In this document: positions 1-11,463 of the stretch, piece by piece
Position numbering within the stretch: the stretch's first letter is position 1
Layout of the letters: each line of letters starts with the position of its first letter
NCBI GenBank assembly: GCA_963790475.1
Contig: CAWBOS010000010.1
Coordinates: forward strand, 1,920,001-1,984,000
Source of the DNA: an uncultured delta proteobacterium
GTDB taxonomy: Bacteria; Desulfobacterota; RBG-13-43-22
Reading direction: 5' to 3'
Length of the DNA: 64,000 nt
The notes under the pieces: generated by a model
The model's input: only the letters and a program-made list of their open reading frames with translations
Databases searched by the model: none
Told to the model about the DNA's origin: nothing
Translations under genes and position numbers: made by a program

Positions 1-2
1 TG

Positions 3-593
3 GAACAGACCGGGATCATCTTTTTGGATGAGATTGATAAAATCGCCGGACGGGGTTCCAGCCACGGACCGGACGTTTCCCGCGAAGGGGTTCAGCGGGA
101 CCTGCTGCCCATAGTCGAGGGATCGACGGTGACCACCAAATACGGGATGGTGCGGACCGATCACGTCCTGTTTATCGCTTCCGGGGCCTTTCACAATTCC
201 AAGCCCTCGGATTTGATTCCCGAATTACAGGGCCGGTTTCCCATTAGAGTGGAATTGAATTCCCTGACCCAGGAAGATTTTATTCGTATCTTGACCGAGC
301 CCCAGGCGGCCCTGATCACCCAATATTGCGAATTGATGAAAACCGAGGGCATCAATCTCACCTTTTTGCCCGAGGCCGTAGCCGAAATCGCCCGCACGGC
401 CTTTCATGTAAATCAGAGGACGGAAAATATCGGGGCCCGCCGGCTGCATACTATTATGGAGAGACTGCTGGACGATCTGTCTTTTGAGGCCCCGGACCGG
501 ACGGAAAAAGAGTGTACGGTCAACGCCGAATATGTCCGGAATAAATTGTCGGCTATTGAAGAGAATGAAGATCTGAGCCGATATATCCTGTAA
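3..593 (+). CDS. hslU: ATP-dependent protease ATPase subunit HslU (5' truncated by window)
   Basis: [40 protein letters not shown] and NIGARRLHT motifs; ends DLSRYIL. Confidence 0.97.
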   Translation, partial: EQTGIIFLDEIDKIAGRGSSHGPDVSREGVQRDLLPIVEGSTVTTKYGMVRTDHVLFIASGAFHNSKPSDLIPELQGRFPIRVELNSLTQEDFIRILTEPQAALITQYCELMKTEGINLTFLPEAVAEIARTAFHVNQRTENIGARRLHTIMERLLDDLSFEAPDRTEKECTVNAEYVRNKLSAIEENEDLSRYIL

Positions 594-1569
<976 letters not shown>

Positions 1570-1573
1570 AAGA

Positions 1574-1688
1574 ACGGTTCAAGGTACAAGGTATAAGGTA
1601 AAAGGAAATGCAGGAAAGGTCGGAATTCTTTAACCTCTGAGGTTGTTGTATTGAACCTTACACCTTAGACCGTGAACCGTGAACCTTT
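1574..1688. repeat. Inverted heptamer tandem-repeat arms
   Basis: ggttcaa-ggtacaa-ggtataa-ggtaaaa ... ttgaacc-ttacacc-ttagacc-gtgaacc-gtgaacc. Confidence 0.7.
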
Positions 1689-1722
1689 GCGCATGCCTTA
1701 AACCGGAGAGAGGGATTAATTG

Positions 1723-2928
1723 ATGGGAAAGAAACCGGAATCAATAACCGATATTGTCGAACGGTCCGACCAAGTACTGATGCACACCTATGGCCGGATC
1801 CCGGTGGCCTTTGAAAAAGGTCAGGGATGCCGGATCTGGGATCAGGACGGTCGTGTTTATCTGGACTTTTTAGCCGGCATTGCCGTTACGGCCTTGGGGC
1901 ACAGCCACCCTCGGGTGGTTGAAACCATTAAGATTCAGGCGGAAATGCTCCTGCACACCTCGAATCTTTATCATATCGAAAACCAGATCGCCTTGGCCGA
2001 ACTTTTAGTCCATCATTCTTTTGCCGACAAGGCCTTTTTCTGCAACAGCGGGACGGAGGCCAATGAAGGGGCGATAAAACTGGCCCGGCGCTACTCGACC
2101 GAACGTTACGGTCCCCAAAAAACGACCATCATCAGTATGATAAACAGCTTTCACGGCCGAACTCTCGGGTCCCTCTCGGCCACCGGTCAGGAAAAATTTC
2201 AAAAGGGTTTTGGACCTTTGCTTCCCGGTTTTTCTTTTGTGCCCTTTGACGATCTGGCCGCCCTGGACCGGCAGTGGGATGATTCGGTCTGCGCGGTTTT
2301 CATGGAACCGGTTCAGGGTGAAGGGGGTATCCGTGTTCCGGACAAAGACTTCCTGAAAGAAGTCAAAAAGCGCTGTCAGGAAAGACAGGCCTTATTAATA
2401 TTGGATGAAGTCCAAACCGGTCTGGGTCGGACAGGAACCCTTTTCTGCCATGAACAGTTTGAGGCCCACCCGGATATCATGACCCTGGCCAAGGCCCTGG
2501 GAAACGGACTTCCGATCGGGGCCTTGTTGGCCACCAACGAGGTGGCCGCAGCTTTTCAACCGGGGACTCACGCGGCCACCTTCGGAGGTAATCCTCTGGT
2601 GACTGCCGCAGCCGGGACCGTCCTTTCCATTATCCTGGAAGAAGGGTTTCTCCCTCGGGTAAGAAAGACAGGGGCCTACTTTGAGGATCAATTGCAGGGG
2701 TTGAAGAAAGAATTCCAGCAAATACTTGACGTCCGGGGTCTGGGACTCCTTTTAGGCATCGCCCTGGATCGGCCGGGTAAGCCGATCGTTGACGCCTGTT
2801 TTCAGCGAGGTTTTTTGATCAATTGTACCCAGGATACGATCCTTCGTTTTGCCCCGCCCCTGATCGTTGAACCGGAGGAGATTGATGCCTTGATTAAGGT
2901 GTTAAGAGATCTTCTGAAAAAAACGTAA
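1723..2928 (+). CDS. argD: Acetylornithine aminotransferase
   Basis: YLDFLAGIAV, SGTEANE, FHGRT, DEVQTG, TLAKALGNG class III aminotransferase motifs. Confidence 0.95.
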   Translation: MGKKPESITDIVERSDQVLMHTYGRIPVAFEKGQGCRIWDQDGRVYLDFLAGIAVTALGHSHPRVVETIKIQAEMLLHTSNLYHIENQIALAELLVHHSFADKAFFCNSGTEANEGAIKLARRYSTERYGPQKTTIISMINSFHGRTLGSLSATGQEKFQKGFGPLLPGFSFVPFDDLAALDRQWDDSVCAVFMEPVQGEGGIRVPDKDFLKEVKKRCQERQALLILDEVQTGLGRTGTLFCHEQFEAHPDIMTLAKALGNGLPIGALLATNEVAAAFQPGTHAATFGGNPLVTAAAGTVLSIILEEGFLPRVRKTGAYFEDQLQGLKKEFQQILDVRGLGLLLGIALDRPGKPIVDACFQRGFLINCTQDTILRFAPPLIVEPEEIDALIKVLRDLLKKT

Positions 2929-2945
2929 TAATGGGGGGTCTTAAA

Positions 2946-3863
2946 ATGAGTAAAAGAGATTTCCTTAAACTTTCAGACCTGACCGCTTCAGAGATTGAGT
3001 TCATCTGGAAAAGAACCAGGGAATTTAAAGAAGGACGAACACAGGACAAACCCCTTCTGGGAAAAACCATCGGTCTTCTTTTTGAAAAACCATCCACCCG
3101 GACACGCCTTTCTTTTGAAGTGGCCGTTATTCAAACCGGCGGGCATCCGGTTTTTATCAGCAGCCGGGATACTCAGATGGCTCGCAATGAGCCCTTGAAA
3201 GATACGGCCCGGGTCTTATCAAGGTATCTGGACGGCCTAGTGGTTCGCACATTTTCGCAGGAAATTTTTGATGAACTGGCCCGTTTTTCCACTATTCCGA
3301 TCATCAACGCCTTAAGCGATCTTTATCATCCGGCCCAGGTTGTAAGTGACTTATTCACCATTTGGGAGCGAAAAAACAACTTCAGCGGAATGAAAGTGGC
3401 CTGGGTCGGGGATGGAAACAATGTGGCCCACTCCTGGATCGAAGCGGCTTGCCTTTTTCCCTTCCAATTGGTATTGGCCTGCCCCAGGGGATATGAGCCT
3501 GACGATAAAATTTGGAAGAGGGCCAAGAAAGAAGCCGGGGAGCGGATCAGCCTAACCGAAGATCCGGCCGAGGCCGTCCGCGGGGCTCAGGTGATCAACA
3601 CTGATGTCTGGGCCAGTATGGGTCAGGAAGATCAGGCTGCTGAACGGATCAAATTTTTCCAGGCCTTCCAATTAAACAAAACCCTTCTTTCTCTGGCCAA
3701 GCCCGACTGTCTGGTCCTGCACTGCCTACCGGCCCACCGGGGAGAAGAGATTACCGACGATGTCCTGGAAGGTCCCAATTCAGCAGTCTTTGACCAGGCG
3801 GAGAACAAGCTCCATGTGCATAAGGCGCTTTTGGAATATGTTTTATCGAGCACTAACGAATGA
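2946..3863 (+). CDS. argF: Ornithine carbamoyltransferase
   Basis: FEKPSTRTR, HPAQ, WASMGQE, HCLPAHRG. Confidence 0.97.
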   Translation: MSKRDFLKLSDLTASEIEFIWKRTREFKEGRTQDKPLLGKTIGLLFEKPSTRTRLSFEVAVIQTGGHPVFISSRDTQMARNEPLKDTARVLSRYLDGLVVRTFSQEIFDELARFSTIPIINALSDLYHPAQVVSDLFTIWERKNNFSGMKVAWVGDGNNVAHSWIEAACLFPFQLVLACPRGYEPDDKIWKRAKKEAGERISLTEDPAEAVRGAQVINTDVWASMGQEDQAAERIKFFQAFQLNKTLLSLAKPDCLVLHCLPAHRGEEITDDVLEGPNSAVFDQAENKLHVHKALLEYVLSSTNE

Positions 3864-4021
3864 GAAAAGAATAAGCGGGAGGAGAATCAAGGGGGATAAT
3901 TTTTAGTTCGGAGTGAATAGTTCGGAGTAAAATCTCATCACTTCGAACACCTAACTCTTAACTGGTGTAATAAAAGCCACGAAGCCTTTAATTCTGTTTG
4001 TTGGGAACGGAGAAAAATATA

Positions 4022-5227
4022 ATGAAAATCGTTTTGGCTTATTCCGGAGGATTGGATACCTCGGTCATATTGAAATGGCTTAAGGAAACTTACCAAGCCG
4101 AGGTCATCGCCTTTTCCGCCGACCTGGGTCAGGAAGAGGACTGGTCGGCCATAGAAAAAAAGGCCCTGCAAACCGGGGCTTCCAAGTTTGTAGTCAAAGA
4201 CTTGAAAGAAGAATTTGTCGGTCAGTATATCTTTCCGGCCTTTCGCGCCAATGCCGCCTATGAGCAGCATTATCTTTTGGGAACTTCTTTGGCCCGGCCG
4301 ATTATCGCTAAACACCAGGTCATGGTGGCCGAGGCCGAGGGAGCCGGTGCCATCAGTCATGGGGCCACAGGCAAGGGCAATGACCAGGTCCGTTTTGAGT
4401 TGACCTGTATGGCCCTCAATCCCTCCCTTAAAATCATCGCCCCCTGGCGGGAATGGGACTTGAATTCCCGGTCGGCTTTAATTGATTATGCCAGGGACCA
4501 CGGGATTCCCGTGCCGGTTACCCGGGAAAGACCTTATAGTTCCGATGCTAATCTGCTGCATATCAGTTACGAGGGAGGAATTCTCGAGGATCCCTGGATG
4601 GAACCTCCGGCAGACATGTTTCAGATGACCAGATCACCGGAGAAGGCCCCGGACACACCGGAATATATCGAGATCTCTTTTGAAGAGGGAAATCCCACTG
4701 CGCTCAACGGGCAAAAAATGAAACCGGCGGAATTACTTTCCTCCCTGAACCGCATCGGCGGAAGACACGGGATCGGCCGGGTGGACCTGGTGGAGAATCG
4801 TTATGTGGGGATGAAGTCCCGCGGGGTTTATGAGACCCCGGGAGGGACCTTGATCCGCGCCGCGCATCAAGCCATCGAGTCTTTGACCCTGGATCGGGAG
4901 GTCATGCATATTCGGGATTCTCTCATCCCTCGCTATGCGGAGATGGTCTATTATGGGTATTGGTTTTCTCCGGAACGGGAACTACTTCAAAAATTGATGG
5001 ATGAAGCCCAGACCAGGGTTTCGGGCATCGCCCGTTTGAAGTTGTACAAAGGAAATGTGATCCTCGCCGGAAGGAAATCCGACCAATCCCTTTATCGGAT
5101 GGATTTTGCCACCTTTGAAGAAGATCAGGTTTATCACCAAAAAGACGCCGAGGGATTCATCCGGCTTAATGGATTGAGACTGAAGATTCAGAATCTGGTA
5201 TCGAAAAAAAGCCACACGCTAGTTTAA
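4022..5227 (+). CDS. argG: Argininosuccinate synthase
   Basis: [34 protein letters not shown]. Confidence 0.98.
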   Translation: MKIVLAYSGGLDTSVILKWLKETYQAEVIAFSADLGQEEDWSAIEKKALQTGASKFVVKDLKEEFVGQYIFPAFRANAAYEQHYLLGTSLARPIIAKHQVMVAEAEGAGAISHGATGKGNDQVRFELTCMALNPSLKIIAPWREWDLNSRSALIDYARDHGIPVPVTRERPYSSDANLLHISYEGGILEDPWMEPPADMFQMTRSPEKAPDTPEYIEISFEEGNPTALNGQKMKPAELLSSLNRIGGRHGIGRVDLVENRYVGMKSRGVYETPGGTLIRAAHQAIESLTLDREVMHIRDSLIPRYAEMVYYGYWFSPERELLQKLMDEAQTRVSGIARLKLYKGNVILAGRKSDQSLYRMDFATFEEDQVYHQKDAEGFIRLNGLRLKIQNLVSKKSHTLV

Positions 5228-5249
5228 AGGAACGGCTTCCTCTTTTTTT

Positions 5250-5286
5250 CGAACCTTGAACCTTGAACCTTAAACTTTGAACCTCG
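5250..5286. repeat. Heptamer tandem repeat (GAACCTT)n
   Basis: gaacctt-gaacctt-gaacctt-aaacttt-gaacct. Confidence 0.7.
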
Positions 5287-5294
5287 GTAATGAT

Positions 5295-6719
5295 ATGAAA
5301 CCTTCACCATCAAGAAAAAAGAAGAGTTCGGAGAAACTCTGGGCCGGGCGTTTCTCTGAGGCCACCGACCCTTTGGTGGATATTTTCACCAATTCCATCC
5401 CTTTTGACTATCGATTATTGCCTTACGATTTGGTGGGGAGTCTGGCCCACTTGAACATGTTGGCCCGGCAAGGGATCATCCCCGCCCGGGAGGCCAAGCG
5501 CATCCGCAGAGGTCTTTTGGAAATTCAAAAGGAAGGGAACCAAGGAAAACTGACTTTCCCTCTTGAAGATGAAGACGTCCACATGTTTGTGGAAAAGCGT
5601 CTAACACAGAAAATCGGGCCAATAGCCGGAAAACTCCATATCGCCCGAAGCCGTAATGATCAGGTGGCCCTGGATTTGCGGCTCTATCTGAGAGATCAGA
5701 TACGGGATCTGAAGATAGAACTCCAATCTTTGCAAAAAACCTTACTGGAAACAGCCAAGAATCAAGGTCATCTGATCCTTCCCGGTTATACCCATTTACA
5801 GCGAGCCCAACCGGTAATCCTGGGCCATCACCTGCTGGCCTATCTGGAGATGTTTTGCCGGGATCAGGAACGGTTAAGCGAAGTCTTCAGGCGGGTCAAC
5901 ATCCTCCCCTTGGGAAGCGCGGCCCTGGCCGGCACTTCCTTTCCTATCGACCGCACCCAGGTGGCGCGGGAACTGGGTTTTAGTCAGATTTCCCCCAATA
6001 GTATGGATGCGGTCAGTGACCGGGATTTTGTCATCGAATTCCTGTCTGCCGGGGCGATTCTGATGATGCATTATTCCCGGATGTCCGAAGAATTGATCCT
6101 CTGGTCCGGTTCGGAATTCAATTTTGTGGAGATCAGTGATGCCTTTTGCACCGGCAGCAGCATCATGCCCCAGAAAAAAAATCCCGATGTCCCGGAATTG
6201 ATTCGTGGGAAGACAGGCCGGGTTTACGGCCATCTGATGGGGATGTTGACCACTATGAAGGCCTTACCCTTAACCTATAACAAGGATTTACAAGAAGATA
6301 AAGAGCCGGTTTTTGATTCGGTGGAGACCCTGCTTAACTGCACCCGGCTGCTGAGTGGCCTCTGGTCCAATATCCGGTTCAAGGCCGAGATGATGAAGAA
6401 GGCCGCCGAAACAGGATATCTGCTGGCTACGGATCTGGCCGATTACCTGGTCAAAAAGGGATTGGATTTTAGAACGGCCCATCATGCCGTGGGGACCATC
6501 GTGGCTTATGCTCAGGAAAGAAACCTGGAACTCAGAGACATCCCCTTATCTACCCTAAGGACTTTCCATTCCATTTTTGGGGCGAATGTTGACTCCGTTC
6601 TGAATCTTGAATCGGCGATGGCCCAACGGAATTCTCAGGGAGGAACCGCTCCCCAGCAGGTCAAGAAGGCCTTAAGAGATATGGAGAAGAGGATATGTTC
6701 TTTGCAGTTCAGCGGATAA
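5295..6719 (+). CDS. argH: Argininosuccinate lyase
   Basis: LWAGRF, RSRNDQVA, GYTHLQRAQP, GSSIMPQKKNPD. Confidence 0.98.
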   Translation: MKPSPSRKKKSSEKLWAGRFSEATDPLVDIFTNSIPFDYRLLPYDLVGSLAHLNMLARQGIIPAREAKRIRRGLLEIQKEGNQGKLTFPLEDEDVHMFVEKRLTQKIGPIAGKLHIARSRNDQVALDLRLYLRDQIRDLKIELQSLQKTLLETAKNQGHLILPGYTHLQRAQPVILGHHLLAYLEMFCRDQERLSEVFRRVNILPLGSAALAGTSFPIDRTQVARELGFSQISPNSMDAVSDRDFVIEFLSAGAILMMHYSRMSEELILWSGSEFNFVEISDAFCTGSSIMPQKKNPDVPELIRGKTGRVYGHLMGMLTTMKALPLTYNKDLQEDKEPVFDSVETLLNCTRLLSGLWSNIRFKAEMMKKAAETGYLLATDLADYLVKKGLDFRTAHHAVGTIVAYAQERNLELRDIPLSTLRTFHSIFGANVDSVLNLESAMAQRNSQGGTAPQQVKKALRDMEKRICSLQFSG

Positions 6720-7780
6720 AAAAATGGATGGTGATCCTGGTTTGGTTTTTGCTGATGATAAGCCTGTTGGCTTGTGGGAAAAAAGCCAACCCGGTCATTC
6801 CGGTAGCGGTAATCCCCAACGGAATCGAAAATCTCAGTTACCAAATCAAGGGGAAAACCTTGATAGTCTTCTGGGGTATCCCCGCGCAAAATACCGATGG
6901 GAGTCCTTTAACCGACTTGAAGGGTTTCAGAGTCCAAAAAGGGGAATGGCCGACCAAAGATTTTTGCGCCACCTGTCCCGATCAATTTCAGCAAACTTTG
7001 TGGATTGATCTGAAAGGTCCCGAACTGCCGGACATCCGGATTGAACCGGATCAGGTCCAACTGATCCTTAACCGCCTCAATCCCGGCAATACCTATTTTT
7101 TCCAGGTGACAGCGGTAACAAAAAAAGAGGCGGCCAGTAAGCCTTCCAAGACCCTGCGCCTGTCCTGGGAACTCCCGCTTTCCCCGCCATCGGGACTTCA
7201 AATGAAACCCGATCCAAAGGGTCTGTTGATCTCCTGGAACCCATCCCTAACCTTAATCAATGGGACACCCGCGGTGGACTTGGCCGGTTATACCCTGGAA
7301 CGGAGAATGGAGAAAGGACCCTGGCAGAAGCTCAATACCGACCCCATAAAAGAATCAAAATATATCGATTCGGAACTTCAGGAAAACGTCACCTATGCCT
7401 ATCGGGTTAAAGCCCTGCGCCAGATCCAGGGGAATCTTCTGGAGAGTGAGTTATCGGAAGAAAAGGAGATCCTTTTTACCCGCACCACCCCGCCTCCGCC
7501 CGTTCAGGATTTGATCGCCATAGTCAATCCCACCGGGGTGGAGCTTCGCTGGCAGGGGATTGAAACGGAAACACCCAGCGGTTATTATATCTACAGGAGA
7601 ACGAAAGGCGAAAAGACACCCGTCCGGATCACTCCCAAGACGGTCCTGGATACGATATATGAAGACCGGCAGGTTAAACCGGGGACGTCTTATTTGTATT
7701 CCGTCAGCGCGGTCGGGTCGGCCCCGGCCTTGCGGGAAGGTCCGAGGTCCAAGGAAACTGAAATAACCTATAACCCCTGA
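6695..7780 (+). CDS. Lipoprotein with fibronectin type III-like repeats
   Basis: Lipobox LLAC-GKK; repeated W...Y.I.R / Y.Y.V.A FN3 patterns; CxxC. Confidence 0.75.
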   Translation: MFFAVQRIKKWMVILVWFLLMISLLACGKKANPVIPVAVIPNGIENLSYQIKGKTLIVFWGIPAQNTDGSPLTDLKGFRVQKGEWPTKDFCATCPDQFQQTLWIDLKGPELPDIRIEPDQVQLILNRLNPGNTYFFQVTAVTKKEAASKPSKTLRLSWELPLSPPSGLQMKPDPKGLLISWNPSLTLINGTPAVDLAGYTLERRMEKGPWQKLNTDPIKESKYIDSELQENVTYAYRVKALRQIQGNLLESELSEEKEILFTRTTPPPPVQDLIAIVNPTGVELRWQGIETETPSGYYIYRRTKGEKTPVRITPKTVLDTIYEDRQVKPGTSYLYSVSAVGSAPALREGPRSKETEITYNP

Positions 7781-7785
7781 ATCCA

Positions 7786-8167
7786 AAAATCAGGAGTCTG
7801 GAGGCAAAAGTCAGAAGATAGAAGTTAGAAATTAATTCTGATGAGTTCGCAAAAAGTAGTCACCCCGGTAAAACCGAGGTCCGGGAGACTTTTAATTACT
7901 TAACTATCGGATTCCGGCTTTCGAGGCTGTGTCGCAATTACTGCAAGTACCATAAAAGGCGTCATACCGGCGAAAGCCGGTATCCAGAACTTATTGGAAA
8001 TACTGGACTTCGTGTTGCGCTTCGCTTGCACGAAATGACATAAATGCAATTGCGACACAGTCTCTTCACCGGAATGACAACCGGGGGCTTTTAGCAGCTT
8101 TCCCATTTTCATTCCTTATTCGTTTTTTTCCTTCTGACTTCTGGCTCCTGGATTCTGGATTCTAACT
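7786..8167. repeat. Nested repeat cluster: heptamer arms around REP-like hairpins and a TIR-bounded unit (7924-8063)
   Basis: TIRs AGGCTGTGTCGCAATT / AATTGCGACACAGTCT; REP-like GTCATACCGGCGAAAGCCGGTATCCAG also present (reverse) near 44735-44764. Confidence 0.75.
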
Positions 8168-8169
8168 TT

Positions 8170-9435
8170 ATGAAGGCTCTTAACATGCACCATTTCCAAT
8201 TTAAAAAAAACAGACTTTATGCTGAAGGGCTCTCGGTGGATGAAATCGCCGATCAGGTGGGGACTCCTTTTTACCTATACAGCCAAGCAACATTGGAACG
8301 CCATTTTAAGGGCTTCGACCGGGCCTTTTCCAAAACCTCGCATCTCATCTGCTATTCCCAAAAGGCCAATTCCAACCTGGCCTTGCTGCATCTTTTCGGC
8401 CGACTGGGGGGTGGAACCGATATCGTTTCCGGTGGAGAGCTTTATCGGGCCTTGAAAGCCGGCATCCCCCCGGAAAGGATTGTTTATTCAGGTGTGGGGA
8501 AGACTTCGGATGAGATTCGTTATGCCTTGAAAGAAAAAATCCTGCTCTTGAATATCGAATCTCCCGAGGAACTTAAGTTAGTCAACACCATCGCCGGGCA
8601 GATGAAGAGAAAAGCTTCTATCGGCATCCGAGTCAATCCGGATATTGATCCCCAGACCCATCCTTATATCTCCACCGGACTGAAGAAAAATAAGTTCGGG
8701 ATCAATATTCATCAATCGCTGGAAGAATATCAATTGGCTAAAAATCTGCCTCATATCATCATCGCCGGGGTCGATTTCCATATCGGTTCCCAGTTGCTGG
8801 CCACCCAGCCCTTCCTGGCGGCCATTGGGAAATTAAAAATGCTGATCAGCCAATTAAAAAAAATGGAGATCGAGATACAATATGTCGACCTGGGAGGGGG
8901 ATTGGGAATCACTTATGATCAGGAGGAACCGCCTCATCCTAAAGAATACGGCCGGGACATTCTTCGGGAATTAGGCAAAATCCCTTACACCCTGATACTG
9001 GAGCCGGGGAGGGTCCTGGTCGGTAATGCCGGTATCCTGGTGACCAAGGTCTTATATGTTAAAAAGGGAGAGGAAAAGAATTTCATCATTGTCGATGCCG
9101 GCATGAACGATCTGCTTCGCCCTTCTTTGTACGGCGCTTATCATCACATTCAGCCGGTCGTTCGCACAAATCGGCCCCTTATTCAGGCCGACGTGGTCGG
9201 GCCTATCTGTGAAAGTGGGGATTTTTTGGGAAAAGACCGAAAGCTGGCCCACCCGGAGACCGGAGATCTCCTGGCCGTCATGAGTGCCGGGGCCTACGGG
9301 TTTACCATGTCCAGCAACTATAATTCCAGACCCCGGGCGGCCGAGGTCATGGTCCGCGGGAAGGAATTCCAGGTCATCCGGAAACGGGAGACCTACGCCC
9401 AAATGACAGCCCTGGAGAAGATTACGGAATTTTAA
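8170..9435 (+). CDS. lysA: Diaminopimelate decarboxylase
   Basis: YSQKAN, HIGSQ, DLGGG, EPGR, GPICESGD, GAYG, SNYN. Confidence 0.97.
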   Translation: MKALNMHHFQFKKNRLYAEGLSVDEIADQVGTPFYLYSQATLERHFKGFDRAFSKTSHLICYSQKANSNLALLHLFGRLGGGTDIVSGGELYRALKAGIPPERIVYSGVGKTSDEIRYALKEKILLLNIESPEELKLVNTIAGQMKRKASIGIRVNPDIDPQTHPYISTGLKKNKFGINIHQSLEEYQLAKNLPHIIIAGVDFHIGSQLLATQPFLAAIGKLKMLISQLKKMEIEIQYVDLGGGLGITYDQEEPPHPKEYGRDILRELGKIPYTLILEPGRVLVGNAGILVTKVLYVKKGEEKNFIIVDAGMNDLLRPSLYGAYHHIQPVVRTNRPLIQADVVGPICESGDFLGKDRKLAHPETGDLLAVMSAGAYGFTMSSNYNSRPRAAEVMVRGKEFQVIRKRETYAQMTALEKITEF

Positions 9436-9539
9436 ATAAGGGAGAATAGGCTGAAGACTGAAGACTGAAAGACCAATTAATTCGAGTTAGGCGATTTTTC
9501 CACCCTTTGCCCTCTGCCCTTTCCCCAAAACGAAATGAA

Positions 9540-10379
9540 ATGACTTTAAAACCTTTTCTTAAAATTACCAAAATGAGCGGATCGGGCAACGATTTTGTCC
9601 TGGTGGATAACCGCGCCCAAGAGATTCCTGCTGACCGGATGGTGTCTTTGGCCCGGGCCCTGTGCCGGAGGATGGTATCGGTCGGGGCCGATGGAATGAT
9701 TTTTATTGAACCTTCGGAGGGCTATGATTTCAAGTGGCACTTTTTTAATGCCGACGGCAGCGCAGCCGAAATGTGCGGCAACGGAGGCCGCTGTGCGGCC
9801 CGCTTTGCCTTTCTCCGGGGCATAGCCGGAACGGAGATGACCTTTGAAACTTTGGCCGGTCCCATCCAGGCCCGGGTAAACGGATCATTGGTCAAGCTGG
9901 AGTTGACTCCCCCAAAGGACTTGAGATTAAACCAGGAAATCAAACTGGAGGGGAAGATCCTTAATTTTGATTTCTTAAATACCGGAGTCCCTCATGCCTT
10001 GATCTGGGTGGAGGATCTTGATAAAACGGATTTGGTCGGGCTGGGTCCTCTTATTCGTTATCATGATTATTTCAAACCGGCCGGGACCAACATTAATTTC
10101 GTTCAGATAAAAGACACGGGAAACCTGTGGGTGCGCACCTATGAGCGAGGGGTGGAAGCGGAAACCCTGGCCTGCGGCACCGGGTCCGTGGCTGCCGCCG
10201 CGGTCGCCTTTTTCAAAAACAAAGTCCTGTCCCCGGTTCAGGTCCGAACCAGCGGGGGAGAGATCTTGACCGTTTATGTGGAGGGCCAACCGGGGCGGGG
10301 AATCAACAAAGTCTATCTGGAAGGAAAAGTCCGCCTGATTTTTGAAGCAGAGGTATTTGAAGAAGCGTTAGTATATTAA
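9540..10379 (+). CDS. dapF: Diaminopimelate epimerase
   Basis: KMSGSGNDF, EMCGNGGRC, GVPH, ERGVEAETLACGTG. Confidence 0.97.
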   Translation: MTLKPFLKITKMSGSGNDFVLVDNRAQEIPADRMVSLARALCRRMVSVGADGMIFIEPSEGYDFKWHFFNADGSAAEMCGNGGRCAARFAFLRGIAGTEMTFETLAGPIQARVNGSLVKLELTPPKDLRLNQEIKLEGKILNFDFLNTGVPHALIWVEDLDKTDLVGLGPLIRYHDYFKPAGTNINFVQIKDTGNLWVRTYERGVEAETLACGTGSVAAAAVAFFKNKVLSPVQVRTSGGEILTVYVEGQPGRGINKVYLEGKVRLIFEAEVFEEALVY

Positions 10380-10384
10380 AGCAT

Positions 10385-10458
10385 GTTCAAAGTTCAAAGT
10401 TCAAAATTGACGGAAAAATTTCATCCTTTCAGCTTTGAGCTATGAGCTTTCAGCTATT
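10385..10458. repeat. Inverted heptamer tandem-repeat arms
   Basis: gttcaaa x3 ... tttcagc-tttgagc-tatgagc-tttcagc. Confidence 0.65.
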
Positions 10459-10475
10459 CTAAGGAGGAGTATCCC

Positions 10476-11285
10476 ATGATTAAAACCATCATTGCCGGGG
10501 CCGGCGGAAGAATGGGCGGAAGAATCGTCCAGCTGATCAATGAAACTCAGAATATGGCCGTAGTTGGGGCTTTTGAAAAGCCGGGACACCCTTCGGTCGG
10601 CAAAGATCTTGGGGAATGGCTGGGATTAGGGAACAAAGGATTGCCCATTGTCTCAGATCTTAAGGAGGTGATCGACCAGGGCGAGGTCATTATTGATTTC
10701 ACTTTTCATTCCGCTTCCCTGGAACATTTGCGCACAGCCGCCGCCCGAAAAAAACCGATGGTCATCGGCAGTACCGGATTCACTTCCGGAGAAATGGAAG
10801 AAATAAAAACGCTATGTCAATCGGTCCCTTGCCTCCTGGCCCCCAATATGAGCGTCGGAGTGAATGTCCTGTTCAAAGTGGTTGGCGATGTAGCCAAGGC
10901 CCTGGGAGAAGGATTTGATATCGAGATCCTTGAGGTTCATCATAATTTGAAGAAGGATGCCCCCAGCGGCACGGCCATGAAACTGGCCCAGGTCCTGGCT
11001 CAGGCCCGTTCTCAAGATTTGGACAAGGTGGCGGTCTATGAACGGAAAGGGATCATTGGGGAACGAAAACCTGAGGAAATCGGCATCCAGACTTTTCGAG
11101 CCGGGGATATCATCGGCGAGCACACGGTTTTATTCGGAGGTCTTGGGGAACGGATCGAGATCATCCACCGGGCCCACAGCCGGGACACCTTTGTCCGTGG
11201 CGCCCTCCGGGCAGCAAGATGGATCATCAGTCAAAAGAACGGCCTTTATGATATGCATGATGTGCTGGGTTTTACAGATAATTAA
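10476..11285 (+). CDS. dapB: 4-hydroxy-tetrahydrodipicolinate reductase
   Basis: GAGGRMG, EVHHNLKKDAPSGTA, GEHTV. Confidence 0.97.
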   Translation: MIKTIIAGAGGRMGGRIVQLINETQNMAVVGAFEKPGHPSVGKDLGEWLGLGNKGLPIVSDLKEVIDQGEVIIDFTFHSASLEHLRTAAARKKPMVIGSTGFTSGEMEEIKTLCQSVPCLLAPNMSVGVNVLFKVVGDVAKALGEGFDIEILEVHHNLKKDAPSGTAMKLAQVLAQARSQDLDKVAVYERKGIIGERKPEEIGIQTFRAGDIIGEHTVLFGGLGERIEIIHRAHSRDTFVRGALRAARWIISQKNGLYDMHDVLGFTDN

Positions 11286-11319
11286 TTTCCATTCGGAAAT
11301 ACCGAATGTAAAACCATTG

Positions 11320-11460
11320 GTTTCCAATTCGGAAACGAGGAATTTTTTGTCCTGGCAAGGAAATCAAGGGATTGCGCGGAGGCGTACAAGGGTACGCCGC
11401 ACAAACAATCCTGCAGATTGACACAGCCAGGGCGAAAAAGGACCGTTTCTGGATGGAAAC
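11320..11460. mobile_element. MITE-like element with terminal inverted repeats
   Basis: GTTTCCAATTCGGAAACG ... CGTTTCTGGATGGAAAC; internal hairpin GGCGTAC-AAGG-GTACGCC; no transposase. Confidence 0.6.
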
Positions 11461-11463
11461 TGA

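Noticed and set aside
7900-8112. 70-aa ORF containing WIPAFAGMT
   Set aside because: Spurious translation of REP-like repeats
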